From Phoronis australis (lineage: Eukaryota; Animalia; Phoronida): 64,000 nt of DNA. Both the position numbers and the translations under genes were made by a program. Within the stretch, counting starts at the first letter, position 1, and every line of letters begins with the position of its first letter. The notes under the pieces were generated by a model. It had not been told where the DNA came from and did not search any database. It saw only the letters and a list, made by a program, of their open reading frames with translations. Location: positions 200,562 to 264,561 of the forward strand of contig NMRA01000516.1 in assembly GCA_002633005.1 (NCBI GenBank), in the 5' to 3' direction. Shown here in pieces: positions 29,501 to 43,514 of the stretch.

Positions 29501-31755
29501 GTCTAACTTCTTGAATTATTCGAGATTTTCTGATAGCGCTGTTCCTTTGTTGACAGCTCTTGCAGTATTGATGTTGGTTAGCTTCTATTGAACTAGACTG
29601 TAGCCTATTTCTTATTGATTTATGACATCTAAGTTCGTCATATGAATGCTGTGATGTTGTTCATCATCACCACCACCATCGTCATCTTCGTCATCATCTC
29701 CGACGTCTTGTTTTCTTCAGTTAATTTTGCCAAGTGTCGCTCAAGACTGTAGCCTATTTGTTACTGATTTCTGACCTCTACATTCGTCATGTGTATGTTA
29801 TAATTACTTGTATTGTTCATCATTGCCACCATCGTCGTCATATTCGTCGTCTTCGTCATCACCTTTATCGTCATCTTTTCGGTTAACTTTTTTTTGTTCG
29901 CACTCCACAGGTCAGAATTTTCGTCCGATCCGCACGAAATTTGCACACAATGTGTAGATCAAAAAGTCCTGAAAGCCTATTGTTTTTGGTCATGATCAGA
30001 TTCAAAATGCCGGACGGGGCGGCCATTTTGTTTCCGGTTTCAGATTCAAATGCTCATAGAGGCCGCAATTTTTGACGTACAAGGCTGAAACTTGGTGCGA
30101 TTATTATAGAACACATTCGCATAATTTCCGCTCTTGCACTGTTGCCTGTTTACCGGGTGCGTGAACAAGACTGCAGGCTATTTCTTACTGATCTGTTCGC
30201 TAGTCACATGAATGTTATCGTGTTGTTTATAATCTCTACCTTCGTTGTCATGATCGTCGTCGTCTTCCTCCCCATCATCCTGTTTTCGCCAAGTGTCGCT
30301 CCTCTGAGCGCTCTCGTTTTTTTTTGTTTGTTCGTACGATACAGGTCGCAATTTTCGTCCGATCATCATGAAATTTACACATAACACGTAGTTCCGGAAG
30401 TACTGGAAGCCTATTGTTTTTCGTCATAATCGGATACAAGATAGCGGATGTGGCGGCCATTTCATTTTCATTTAAAGGTTCAAATGCTTCTGGAGGCTAC
30501 AATTTTTTACGTACAAGGCTAAGAATCGGCACAGTAAATGGACCGGAAGTGTGCTACAAGTATATCGGTAATTGTTTACTTCTGGTTAAAGATAGCGGAA
30601 ATATCTGTGATCGCGCATGTGCACCTCGATTTTGGCCTATAAACGTTTTCTCCTGTAGAAGGCGCATTATAAGACCAATTCCTTCGAATTTTTACAGGTA
30701 TTAGTTTCTTATGACATGCAATTATACAGAGCCAAGAAACTGGAAGCTGCTTTCAAGATGGCAGATCTGGCGCAATTTCACCCATTTTCAGTCGTGCTGG
30801 AGTGCGATTTTAAACGGGAAGAGATAAAGACGTGATTTTTGCATGTGGATTCTTTGAGGTATACTCTTTCAAATGACCTGTAACAATTTTTTCTTCAGAC
30901 GTACCGTTTTTGAGTTATTTGACTTTGAAATTCTTAAAAAAAAACGCAATTTCATTTTTTTCAAAAAATTTATGGAATTAAGCGATATCATCAGTTTAGT
31001 TTTGAACGGGCTTTCAGAAGATGTTTTCCATTTTTTGCTAGGACGTCTACTTTTTGAATTATTCGAGATTTTCTGATAGCGCTGTTCCTTTGTTGAGCGC
31101 TCTTGCTGCATTGATGTTGGTTTAGTTTCTATTGGGCAAGAGTATAGCCTATTTCTTGCTGATTTATGACATCTAAGTGCTTCATATGAGTTTTATGATG
31201 TTGTTCAGCATCATCACCATCGTCATCATATTCGTTATCTTCGTCATCATCTCCATCGTCGTCTTTTCAGTTAATTTCACCAAGTGTCGTTCAAGACTGT
31301 AGCCTGTATGTCTGGCCTCTACGTTCGTCTTGTGAATGTTATCATTACTTGAATTGTTCATCATCGCTGTAATATTCGTCCTCATCTCCGTCATCGTCTT
31401 TCAGTTAATTTCGCCAAGTGTCCTTCAAGACTGTAGCCTATACTTACTAATGTCTGGCCTCTACGTTCGTCATGTNTCTTGTGAATGTTATCATTACTTG
31501 AATTGTTCATCATCGCCACCATCGTCGTAATATTCGTCCTCATCTCCGTCATCGTCTTTCAGTTAATTTCGCGAAGTGTCCTTCAAGACTGTAGCCTATA
31601 CTTACTAATGTCTGGCCTCTACGTTCGTCATGTGAATGTTATCATTACTTGAATTGTTCATCATCGCCACCATCGTCGTCCTCTTCGTCGTCATCCCTAT
31701 CGTCGTCTTTTCTGTTAATTTCGCCAAGTGTCGCTCCTCGGAGCGCTTTCATTTA
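26570..31755. repeat. Complex satellite-like array of a Helentron-like element family
   Basis: Recurrent ~140-170-bp modules (CAAGATGGCGG, CCGGAAGT, TAGAGGGCGCA, CATCGT-rich blocks), each ending TTCGCCAAGTGTCGCTCCTCGGAGCGCT(TTCATT) with a terminal hairpin. Confidence 0.85.
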
Positions 31756-31959
31756 GAATTATGATTTGTCAATCAACAATTTCCTGCACTGTCTTCTCAG
31801 ATGGTAACCCTGAACAGAGCTTCAGGTTCGTGGGGGATTCCATCAGGGTGTCTTTGACAACTTCTGTAACGGCTTGTATGATTCTTGGTACTGAGTACTT
31901 ACAGTGGCTGGGAAAGAACATATCATAAGCATTTATTTCTTCTTAACTCCAGTGCCTGA

Positions 31960-32187
31960 CCTATAACTCGAGCACCCGACTTAAATCTCAAGCACCCAAC
32001 TTATAACTCTAGCACCCGACTTATAACCCAAGCGTCCAACTATTAACTTGAGTCCCGACTTACAGGTTGAGCACCTGGCTAATAACTCGAGCGCCCGACC
32101 CCGACTAAAAACTCGAGCGCCCAACTTATATAGGCTGAGCACCACCTATAATTTGAGTGTCAGACTTATAGGTTGAGTGCCCGACTA
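31960..32187. repeat. Degenerate ~20-bp minisatellite
   Basis: ttataactcgagcacccgac variants. Confidence 0.8.
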
Positions 32188-33632
32188 TCCTCGCTGTGTT
32201 ATAGGGAGGGCATGCATATACACATGAAAATCCATCCCAAAGCAACACCAGAAACAACTGTGTATCAGATAGAAAGTGATGAAAAAATGCTGAGGTAATC
32301 AGTATGCTGCTGGGATACCTCCACTTGCACCTCCCCACCCCAAAAAATATGGTAGCCAGTTACCAAATTTCAGATTTTACAGCACATGTTTTGCCAATTT
32401 ATATGACTAACACTTAGCCAGCGAAATGAAAAGTGAGAAAGATAATTACATGAGCCTTGGGCAAGGCAGACACTATAAAGGTTTGTGCAATGCAGTGGTA
32501 TTATATTCTGTACTTATGTTCTCTGATTAAGGTTAAGTAAGAACTTATTGACAGGACTAAGTATTGACCAGAAAATCTAGAAAATACCAAATTTTAGCAT
32601 AAGTTTATTTTCTGAAAGTAGAAAGGTTGTAGAATTTAATTTTAGACTTTTTACCAATATGTTATCATTTGCATCATGTGACAAACTATTTTTATTAAAA
32701 TTTAGCAAAAAAGAAAACATCAAGGTAAATTGATAGTTTTCTAAACTATCATTTTAAGCAACTTTAAAATTCTTCATGAAAATCCCCTAAGTGCTCTTTT
32801 TGATAACCCCTCAAGCAAAAGTGAAACATTACTAACAGGGATTTTGAGAACAGCGCATAAAGCATAACATCTGAAAGTTTCAAATGAGTCAGCCATTCCT
32901 GAGATACGATGTTTGCCAAAACTCAACATTTTTCTAGCGTAAGGGTTTTGATGATTTCCACCCACCCTCATTCTATCACCTGCTAATGCTACATTGGCAT
33001 ACATCTTTTTAAGTTAAAGGCAAGAACCAGCTAAACACTCATACCCCCTATGTCACAGATTGGAGGACATTTTGGTCTTTACCCACACCCTATGGTTCCC
33101 TAAAACTCAAACTTGTCAGTTAAATAGACTTTGAAAGGAGTTTCCAAACTTTCATTCAAACTTTTGAGGGTTGTCCAAGTTTACAGAGCATTATTTCGTT
33201 TTAGAGAACTGGACGGAAAAGTGGTTCTTAGTATCTGTTAATAGGAAAAAACCGGATTTGGTATCCTGTTAAAAAATATAATCACAAGTCCTGAATGCAA
33301 GGCAAGATTCATTTGTTTCAATTACCGCATTAACTCACAGGTTAACGTCTTTCTAACGATTATGCAGAAGAATTCAAACAAAAATCATTGAATTTATGAC
33401 ATGCTAATCTGGTCTTATCAATAATTCAATGTAAACTCTTTAAAGGATCATTTTCTGACAATGCAAAATGACATTGGCAGCTTCCTTATTAAAGTGTCGT
33501 TCACTTTTCTATTTGCTAATCCACAATACTTATTATACGGCCTGACACACAATCTGTGTGTCCTAAATACTTAGGGCACAGTTTTTGAAAATAGCAACAC
33601 AGCTCAACAATAGCATCAATGGAGCCAGTTAA

Positions 33633-35062
33633 GGTAGGTGGATACACAAAAAAAATTAATTTTGACCGTTTTTTTTACATTTTTATATCATCCTAATCTT
33701 CAATTCTTCATGCACAGTATACTGAAGAAAAATAAAATCATTCTGAAAATCCAAAGTTGTTTTTTAAATTATATTTGACCAAGCTTCAGTAAGTCATATG
33801 GCTTGAGTGCTCACCAGCTCAGTGACTGACAACTGGGGCGGAGCTTATACAAGGACACTAGCTCTAATCTAACCCAGTCAACAAATAATGCGTAACCGGG
33901 CAATCGAGAGTGCTGTACCTGCCAGCTGATATTGATGTTGAAGCATGGCCAAAAATGAAATAATTCTATTTTTGACCATGTGAAAGTTGGTGGTGAAATG
34001 GTGAACTAGCTCCTCTTCCGAACCTGAGCCTGTTTGTCTATCTGCAAAAAAAATTAAGTTGAGTACGCCAAGTTGTACCGAAGCCATCACTGCACTCAGC
34101 TTGAGGAGTCAGTGCAGAAGTTGTGCGTGTGCAAGTCAGAAAGGCGAGGTGACTTGTGAAAGGACGCTGAGCGTCGACGTGGGTGGTGTTGCACGATTCG
34201 ATGAGAGTGCATGCATGCGCTGTGAAGACTACATGCTGTCAGAGTAGAGTTTTCTGAGATAAACCGTGCTTCTGTGCTAGGAACGCGCCATGGAGAAACT
34301 AGGCTGCCAAACTCGGGGGATTTTTTAACTAACCGCCGGCCGTAACCCAAAGAATTAGAGAAATGACCTAAGTGTTCAACATAACAAAATTGTTCTCGTG
34401 CATAGATTCAAATATATCCCTGAATTAAAACTCATGATATTATACGATTTTAGTGGAAAGCAATATAAAAACTTTGGTAACTTGAGAATCTCACCCAAGC
34501 GAGGCTATTTGTGCTGAAAGTGCTATTTTCTCATCCCAAAGTCCATTCGGTCAAAATGTTGGTGGTACAGGCACGTGAAATTGTTGAACCATTACGATAA
34601 AAGTAGTTCTTTATCCTCGTCGCCAATATTGTTATGTAGACAGTAACACAGCGATTTGATATAACACATATATAGGTTGATGAAGAGATGGTAACTACAT
34701 ATAATATTGGAATACTAACAAATAGGTCTATGTAATACAGTTAGAGAGTCTTTTTGCTTGCCCCAACTCACACGCAAAAAAGCCACAGAATCAAAGATCA
34801 TAATGATTTTGTACATATATTTGGTATCTATAAGTAGAATATTGCATAAGGAAACAGTTGATGATAATCCCTGTGCATTTTGAAAAAAATCGAGGTAAAA
34901 TTAGATTTTTTGAATAAAAAATATGATTTTTTAAAAAATCAAACTACAATAAAACCTTTTTTTCGCTTTTTGTCACTTTCAGAGTCATTTCTAACTAGTT
35001 AAAACCCCTTTATACTTATTTTAGATAGGAACCTGGAGATTTGACCAGTGTATACACCTACC
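33633..35062. mobile_element. Non-autonomous TTAA-targeting DNA transposon (Kolobok-like)
   Basis: TTAA|GGTAGGTGGATACAC ... GTGTATACACCTACC|TTAA. Confidence 0.85.
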
Positions 35063-35066
35063 TTAA

Positions 35067-38000
35067 AGGAAAATGCCACCCAATTTAACATGTGGTGAAC
35101 ACATCCACTACCACAAGAAACTGTAGGAACACTGCATTTATCCACCTTCACTCTTATCAGGCTTCTATTGGGAGTCAGCATGCATGAATAATTGGTTGAG
35201 AAGCCACCTCTGGAACTACTTTTGGCTGAATGGATGACAAGGCCATAAAATGATAATTAGCCAAGACCAGTTAACTAATGCAACAAAGAATAATGTCGTA
35301 GCATCACCTAGCCTTGGTGAAAAGCTGTATACTGTATAGGCTCTAATAAACGCTTAGAAAAATTCATTTCACAAGGAGGGGACGCTGATATGTAGCTTAC
35401 GGCAGTTGAAACCCGGTTTCCCAAACGGGTAAAATTCATAAAATTTACGCTCTGTGACGTATTTGTAGCCTATGACAGTCTTTCTACAAAATTGTGGTGC
35501 ATTGCTATCAAATTCCGTTGTTAAAATTACTATAATTTTTCAAAATATTGTGCTCATCACAGGGCGAAAACTTGCCGACTGATGCGTCGCTGAATCGCGA
35601 TAGTCAATATGAAAACTTGATTCTTGAATAAAAATATAGTTGAATAAAAATATAGTTTCGACTCAACAAGTTACTTGAAATCTTCCTTATGTTTTACAAT
35701 TTTCAAAGTTCATGTGGAGTCCAGAATAATTGCCATAAAGTCCAAATCTGCGCTACATCATACCCCACAACACGAGAAAAATCTCTGAATGAACACACAT
35801 GTTGTTGTCACATGACGTTTGTTTTGAAGTTCGTCTGCGCATGAGAGTGAGTGAGCGTGCATGTGCAGGTCATCGACGACAGACTTTTTTGTTACAAAAG
35901 GTGGAGGATTATGCAAGAAAATGGCGTTTATTAGATTGTTTTTCACTTAAACGGCTGCAACGTTCAAGGTGAGTGCTGGTTAACTCACAGATTTTGTGTG
36001 CACAGGCCGACGGCCGTTAGCTCTACCGTGGACTATTAATAGTCCAAGGCTCGACGAGGTGAAGAGGTGAAGTACCCGGGCTGTGTAAAATTTCTGGGTC
36101 TAACGGAGACACTGACGCGGTGGTCAGCCAGCTCGCTGTATCAAGACTATAGTCAAAATCCAAATTTGTTTTATCGTGTCCCTGTCAATAATAACGGCAC
36201 GCTAAAATTTCTTAATTTTCGTACTTCAGGCACATTACAATCACGTGTTTTGTACACATACGCACACGCCGCAGATCACATCTCCGAAATTTCCGATTTG
36301 ACGGATGACAATGAATGAGCACAATGGAATTAAACAACGTCGTTTTACAGCTTGTAAGATTCATAATAAACGTATTTTGAATATTGCAATGCAATGTGTT
36401 CCAAAATCTAAATAACTTAGGTCCTATATTTTTGTATTCGTGCGCGCCGAATGAAAGAAATCGTGAGTGTTGCTGTGTTGCAAAATCTCTTATCCTGGGC
36501 CGATTTGAAAAATTCAAAGTTGTACTCATATTTGATTTCGCTCCTCTTTTCAAATATTACAGTAAAAACTACGTAAAACTCTCACCATAAAAAAGTACAG
36601 TCTGCTAGCTAGATTGTAATCAGCTGATCATATCCGCATGATCGAAGCCAATTATCCTCGCTCGTAACTCGATGAATAGAGCAGCTTGGTGGCATCCCTT
36701 TGATTGTGAGCCAAGCGCGACTCAGACAAGGTGGAGAAATACGGTCTAGTTCAATTTTCCAAACCCCACCGTTTACCCTGACAGGCGGGGTTTGGACCAA
36801 TCTTATTTAGTGGGAATGTTTATAGCACGATTAGTCTTTTTTGCCATCTTAATCGGTCTATATCCACATCGCCTCACATACAGTCGACCTTACCTTGCCA
36901 AGAGGTGTCGCGTTAAGCTGTGAGGAAGGTGAGAAACGACGCTAGCGACGTCAGTGGTTCATATGCAGAGTGAATGCCGCTATGTTGCGGTGCATCGTTC
37001 CCGCTTTTCCGAACTAAGCACCTGCGAGGAAAGCGGGTATTTCGTTTTTTTACTTCCTCGAGAGTCCGAAATGCTTAGGAAGTGGCTCATGGTAGTGAAG
37101 AATGAATTGTACGCTGTAAACAGCAAGTATGAGGCCGTGAAACATCTCCATGTCTGTGACCTGCAGACGTCAACAGTGCCTGACGAATGCCGGCTTACTA
37201 AATAACTCCATACGTTCCGTAGTCTGAGCTTGTTCACGGCGCCTCTCTAGTATTTCTTCATCACTGTATTCCTGTTCGAACTGATAGCCTGTAAAACTTA
37301 ATGATCCACCTGCCAAGTCGGGATTGCGAGTTGCCATGTAGGCGTTCAAAATGAATTATTTTCACCCTAGCCAATACTGATATAAAACTGTAACAAAATC
37401 TGTCTCATTAGATGCAATTTGTAATGCCTTTGGAGTGTTTGTGAGTGCAAATGATTTGAGAAGGCAGCAATGAATAAATCACTGCGTTAACGGCTTTAGG
37501 TGCAATAAAACTAATTGACGGGACACCGAGGCCGTGTGAGCTCATGCTAATTTAGTGTTTGCTGGCAGAAACTGTTGTGAAATAACTCGATTTCCATCCC
37601 ACGGCCAAGTGTTAGGGGAATCTTTATTTACATTTACATTACTCAAATAATGATTGTCAATGTACAATTTCTGCCCTGACGGTGCTGTGGCCAAAGCGGA
37701 ACCTGAATTCGCAGCTCCCGACGAGTAAGTAGATTTGCAGTTTTGTGGCTAATTCACCAACATAATCACGTGCACATTACTTTGGCTCACTAGTATAGTA
37801 TTTTCTTGACTGGAAGTTTAGGTTCCACTGAACTTTGGCTGGTTTATGTTCGTGACGTCTGATCAGTTTCCGAGCCACTGGCCAGGATAACGAGTCAATC
37901 CCGGCGGCCGGCAGCAACAGGCCTGATTGGGCTCCGAGCCACTGGCCAGGATAACAAGCGTTTTGTGTCTAGAACTCAAAAAAATCAAAAAGTCTAAACA

Positions 38001-38438
38001 ACACAGATCTATGTTCTCCTGTCTGTATCTCACGGAAAATACTTCGAAATTATCTCCGAACAGAGCCCAAACTCCTGCTACTGACCTTATTGGCCTGCCG
38101 AACTTTGTAGGCTACGGCGTGTCCAAATACCAATAAATCTGTAAAAGCGAAATAAAACATCATATTTTTATAAGAACTCGGCGTATTTTTAAGGGTTTTA
38201 CATCAAAGTTTGATGATTTATTAGCGTTAAACGATGACTTCAAGCGATAAGTTGACACCAATAACCCGTGTTGTGAACTGCTGAACAGACTGCGTGTGAA
38301 ACCGATGATGTCATTGGATAAATTCAACACCTCCACCTGCCGTCAGGTCAGGTAACGCAACCGAACCTGTCGTTATGGAGTAGAACTACTCGATCTAAAT
38401 TGAAACAAATTAGGTTGTTTTTTGGGTGGCATGCTCCT
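35067..38438 (+). mobile_element. THAP-remnant Kolobok-like element with ~1.74-kb nested insertion (35089-36829)
   Basis: TTAA|AGGAAAATGCCACCCA ... TGGGTGGCATGCTCCT|TTAA. THAP remnant from 36982 (MLRCIVPA..GISFF/LPRESEMLRKWL..HLHVC). 36830-38438 matches the inverted copy at 12181-13568. Confidence 0.8.
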
Positions 38439-38519
38439 TTAAATACAACAGTTGATGTCAGTCAAGCATCCTGCTGTTCTTTTATTTTAAACATTTCCAG
38501 TTGTTATATACACAATATC

Positions 38520-40255
38520 AGCAGTTATTTGACTTTGAATTTTTTAAAGAAAACGCAAAATTTATTTTTTTTCGAAAAATTTACGGAATTGTGTGATACT
38601 ATCAATTTAGATCGAGTTTTGAACGGGCTTTCAGAAGATATTTTTCATTTTCCGCTACGACGTCTACTTTTCGAATTATTTGAGATTTTCTGATAGCGCT
38701 GTTGCTTTGTTGAGCGCTCTTACTACCTTGATGTTGGTTAAGCTTCAACTGAACAAGACTGTAGCCTATTTCATATTCATTTAAGACATCTAAGTTCGTC
38801 ATATGAATGTCATGATGTTTGTTCATCATCGCACCCACCATCATCATATTCGTCATCTTCCTCATCATCTTCGTCATCATCTCCGTCGTGCGTTCAGTTA
38901 AATTCACCAAGTGTCGCTCAAGACTGTAGGCTATTTCTTACTGATTTCGGACTTCTACGTTTGTCATGTGTATGTTATTATTACTTCTATTGTTCATCCT
39001 CGCCACCATCGTCGTCATATTCGTCATCATCTTTATCATCATCTTGTTGGTTAATTTCGCCAAGTGTCGCTCCTCGGAGAGCTTTCATTTTTGTTTGTTC
39101 GCTCTCTACAGGTCGCAATTTTCGTAAGATCCTCACGAAATTTGCATACAACGTGTGGATCATAAAGTCCTGGAAGCCTTTTGTTTTTGGTCATGATCGG
39201 ATTCAAAATGGCGGACGTGGTGGCCATTTTGTTCCCAATTTCACATTCAAATGCTCATAGAGGCAGCATTTTTTGACGTACAGAGCTGAAACAGGGTAAG
39301 ATTATTATAGAAGAGATGTGCTACAACTGTGCCGAAAAACGTTGACTTCCGCTTAAAGATGGCAGAAATATTGACGATGGTGCATGCGCACCTTGATATC
39401 TGGCCGAAAAAGTTTTCTCCTGTAGAGGGCGCATTGGCGAACCAATCACTTTCAAACTGGTCACGTGTTTCTTGCAATTGATCAGCTTTATAAAATTTTG
39501 TTCCGCCCGAAGTCACGTTTAAGGTGGCGACTTTGGTGCATTTTCACCCATTTTCAATCGTTCTACGGTCGCCTTTTTAACGGGAAGAGCAAATGATATG
39601 AATGTTTGCATGTGGATTCCTTGAAGTATGCTCTTTCAAAAGTTCTGCGATAACGGTTTTCTCAGACTTACCGTTTTCGAGTTCCTTGACTTTGAATTTC
39701 AAAAAAACGCAAAATTTCAATTTTTTCAAAAAAATTATGGAATGTTGCGAAACTATCAATCTAGATGTCTTGGACGGGCTTTCAGAAGATATTTTCCATT
39801 TTTCGCTACGACGTCTAACTTCTTGAATTATTCAAGATTTTCTGATAGCGCTGTTCCTTTGTTGACAGCTCTTGCTGCATTGATGTTGGTTTAGCTTCTA
39901 TTGAACTAGACTGTAGCCTATTTCTTATTGATTTAAGATATCTAAGTTCGTCATATGAATGTTATGATGTTGTTGATAATCGCCACCACCATCATCATAT
40001 TCGTCATCATCTCCGACGTCTTTTCTTCAGTTAATTTCGCCAAGTGTCGCTCAAGACTGTAGCCTATTTCTTAGTGATTTCTGACCTCTACGTTCGTCAT
40101 ATAAATGATATAACTTGCATTGTCCATCATCGCCAACATCGGCGTCATAGCTGTCATCTTCGTCATCATCTCTGTCGTCGTCTTTTCACGTCATCTCTAA
40201 TGTGGTTTTTTGGTTAATTTCGCCAAGTTTTGCTCCTCGGAGCGCTTTCATTATT
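38520..40255. repeat. Further copy of the same Helentron-like array family (also 44033-44310 and 54355-54593)
   Basis: Direct sequence similarity to 28870-29880, with the same GGAGCGCTTTCATT terminus. Confidence 0.85.
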
Positions 40256-41376
40256 GTCATTGATCTTTTAAATAGGGGAATCGCACGCTTCCTTAACCGA
40301 GAGGTGGGCGTTTAAAGTTCTTATCTTAAAATGCCAATGTGGTTCCAATATCCGAAAATACTTAGTAAATAAAATCTTATTTTCGATACACTTTCGTTAT
40401 ATTCTTTTCGCCTTTCGTGCCACAAGTGTTTTTTTTTTGCCTGTATTTGACCATTCTTTATGAGCAGATAATTACCGGCTGTCATCGGTTATTTCCGCAC
40501 CCACATTTCCGGCTCATCAGTTCAGGAACTTGCCCTGAACGCTGCCATTTTTTCCTTATAACTGAATGTGCTATCGCTTGCTCCAAAAGTCTTCATTATT
40601 CTGTTTTATTAGTAATATCTCGTGATTCGTTTGTATATATAGTATATTTATAGTTCATAGTTAGTGGTCATTAAATTTTTTGGAATGTTACGCGTACTTT
40701 TGTTTATTACAGTGTTTTCTCTATTAGTTCGTACACCTGTGTATGGACTATTTTTCCCTCGAGAGCTTCCTGTACGAATTAATACAGACGAAATTGGCCA
40801 TAAGAACTATTAGAGAAGAAAGTCGAGTGTTCAAATTATTAGAGATAAAGATCGACAACAACGAGTGCAACAGGACAGCCTCCTGGATGGTGGTTTAGCA
40901 ATGTGAATTATAACAACAAGTAACAAATTATTTTCCCGGGTGATGGATTTACTTCAGAATATAATACTTGAACTCTTTGTCACTTTATTTTCTTCCCATT
41001 CAAGTGCAAACTTCAAGAGCCACACCGCCTTCGGAACCTCCGCTTTCTGTGGTGTTGTCTGCCGCATTTTTTTCCTACTGCAGTACACTAGATAAAAGAT
41101 GCATTCGAAAAAATCAGGCCAAAGAAATGTGACAGTGGTTTTGCCAACACACCCAATTCAGTTTAGAAGGGAAGCTCTCGGATTTTGAACAATTCTCAAA
41201 CCTCACGGAAAGGTGTCAAGTTCTCCCTATTTTGATGAAATTTCCTCGACTTAGTTTTCTGGAAATGTATTTTGCCGCGTTACCAAGGAGCCCTGGCAAT
41301 GGAAAGGACAGTGTCCCTCACAGGGTTAATTTGCTGCCTACGTTTCTGGGTATTTGTGTGTGATCTTGAAAAAATA

Positions 41377-41968
41377 AACAAGAGCAATGCGGAGCGTTGA
41401 AATGCGCCCACGAATGCATTGCAAATGGTGTGCTTTTAGGGTTATTTATTTGTATCATAAAAATGGCCACTAGATGGCGCAAAAACATATAATCCATCCA
41501 AAAACAGGAACATGCCATATTTCATAAAAATCTGTCAAGGAACTTCAGAGAAACAAAGGAAAACAGAATAAAAATGAAACCGCCACTAGTGGGCACAGTG
41601 TCCGTTGGATCCGCCTGAAAGTCGTCATCTGTTGTTGTCTTCATATAAATACACTTACTAAATTTAGTAAAGATCCTGCAGTGGGTTTAAGAGATCTATA
41701 CAACTATGGGCGCAAAACAAAACTACCACTAGGAGGTACCACAGTTAGTCAGTCACCATGATCAAAGGTCGTCTTCACACTGAGAACATATATGCCAATT
41801 TTCGAATGATTTGGTTGATACAGGGGTGGACACCAAAAACAAGATTTGAAAACACCAAAAATGGCCAGCAAGAGGCGCAAACTACGTTGCATCCATCTGA
41901 AAACGGTAGGAAAGCGTCATCTCACTAATATGTACCTACATATCAAATTTCTTAAAATTCCATTCAGA
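41377..41968. mobile_element. Partial copy of the 14603 HINE-like element
   Basis: Colinear with 14603-15170. Confidence 0.8.
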
Positions 41969-43514
41969 ACTAGAAAGCATCGCTAAAGAACTTAACATAA
42001 GCGCATTTTTAAGTGTCAGTTAAAACGTATATTCATTGAAAAGGTGAATCTTGTGACCCCGCGGACTCACGGATTTGGCCATCGCCTGTGAAACGTGTTG
42101 AACTTGAATAACACAGAAACCGATGAGTGTTCAGCAGCTCCTGTCAAACTAGCTGAGGAGCTACGTGTTGCCTTCAAGGAAAGTAGAACATTCTATTTTC
42201 CCCGGCCTGGGAACTGACAGTCTTTCCAGTATGGCCTAACAGCGCTGCCACAGACGCCGGGAGGGTAGGCCTACAATAAACTGGATCAGTGAAAACCTGG
42301 CGCCATTAAAAGGCCACACATAAATTCCAGTTCATGACAGTGGTTTTCTGTTCAGTGACTTTACCAGATGTAGAGGGTTGTAAGCGTGTGATAACATTTA
42401 GCCTCTTTATTACCTGCCAAGCATGTGACAGTCAAACCCAGAGCCGATTGGTACATTAGGAAATAAATAGATTGTCGTAACTTCGGTTGTAGTTGGGTGA
42501 TTTTGGCGATTAAAAAACTAAACATGATTACCATTTGACGAGGATTCCAGAAATGCTATTGGTTTATGTTCAAATATATTATAACTCAACTTTTATTTTT
42601 AGCAGCACAGCCCAGTCACTGAGCCAGGCTATGCGATCTTACTCGAGATTAGCGCAATTAGGCCTATCGAACAAAAGAGTTGGACCTCTAGTCTAATCAT
42701 AAATGCCAGAATGGAGTTAATCAGTCGTGTAAGATATTGGCTGCAGGGGTGTTCTTCCCAACTTGTTGTTGGGGTATAGAATTGAACAAGTTGGGAGCAA
42801 CGGGAAAACGCCGTAATGAACATGACCTTGGCCTTGGGCCGGACCGGTCTCAAGCGAGAGGTTTTGCTCTTAGGCCTACTCTAAGGCTTATTATATTAGG
42901 CCTACTTCTATCAACACAACAATAATTTCAAAGTCAAATCAAGTCCATTTATTTATAGTCGGTTAAAGTAAAACAAGAAGCAAGGAAACCATCAAAAGAT
43001 ACCTCATAAACATGTAATTTATTTGCTCAGCAAAATACGTACCTATAAACTGCAACATTACTTTTCAAACTGTCAAAAACCACGGCCTCGTCCCAAACCC
43101 TTCGCTCTCAGCAAATTCAAAACATGTGGCTATGACATGTAGACGAGTATATTTTGATAAGGGGGTAGAGAGATTGTCATTGTTGGAAAATTATAGTTTA
43201 ACCACCTCAAAAACAACTCTATGGCAAAAGATTTAGTTGATTCTGAAACAAATCACGCATTTAATCTAATTTGTGCTCTTTTAATGAAATTGCAGTTCAC
43301 ATGTTTCTATTTTCAAAACGTATCACACCCCGGCTGCTGCAACTTGCCCTGAGATTTCTTGACGTTGCTTTTTTGCTCTAAAATTTTCTGTGGTGTCACA
43401 AGTCGATGGAGGTATTGGAATGACGTCATCTTAAAGAAATTAGTGTTCTTTTAATGAAATGTAGCGTGTTGCTTAATATTTTGGCCTCTAAAAATACAAA
43501 TCGAAGGTGACAGT

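Noticed and set aside
27000-31700. Many short hydrophobic or Met-rich ORFs
   Set aside because: They arise from CATCGT-rich satellite modules and are not conserved in frame between copies.
40500-40525. CTGATGAGCCGGAAA (- strand) as hammerhead core
   Set aside because: No stem II closing pair and no flanking stems.
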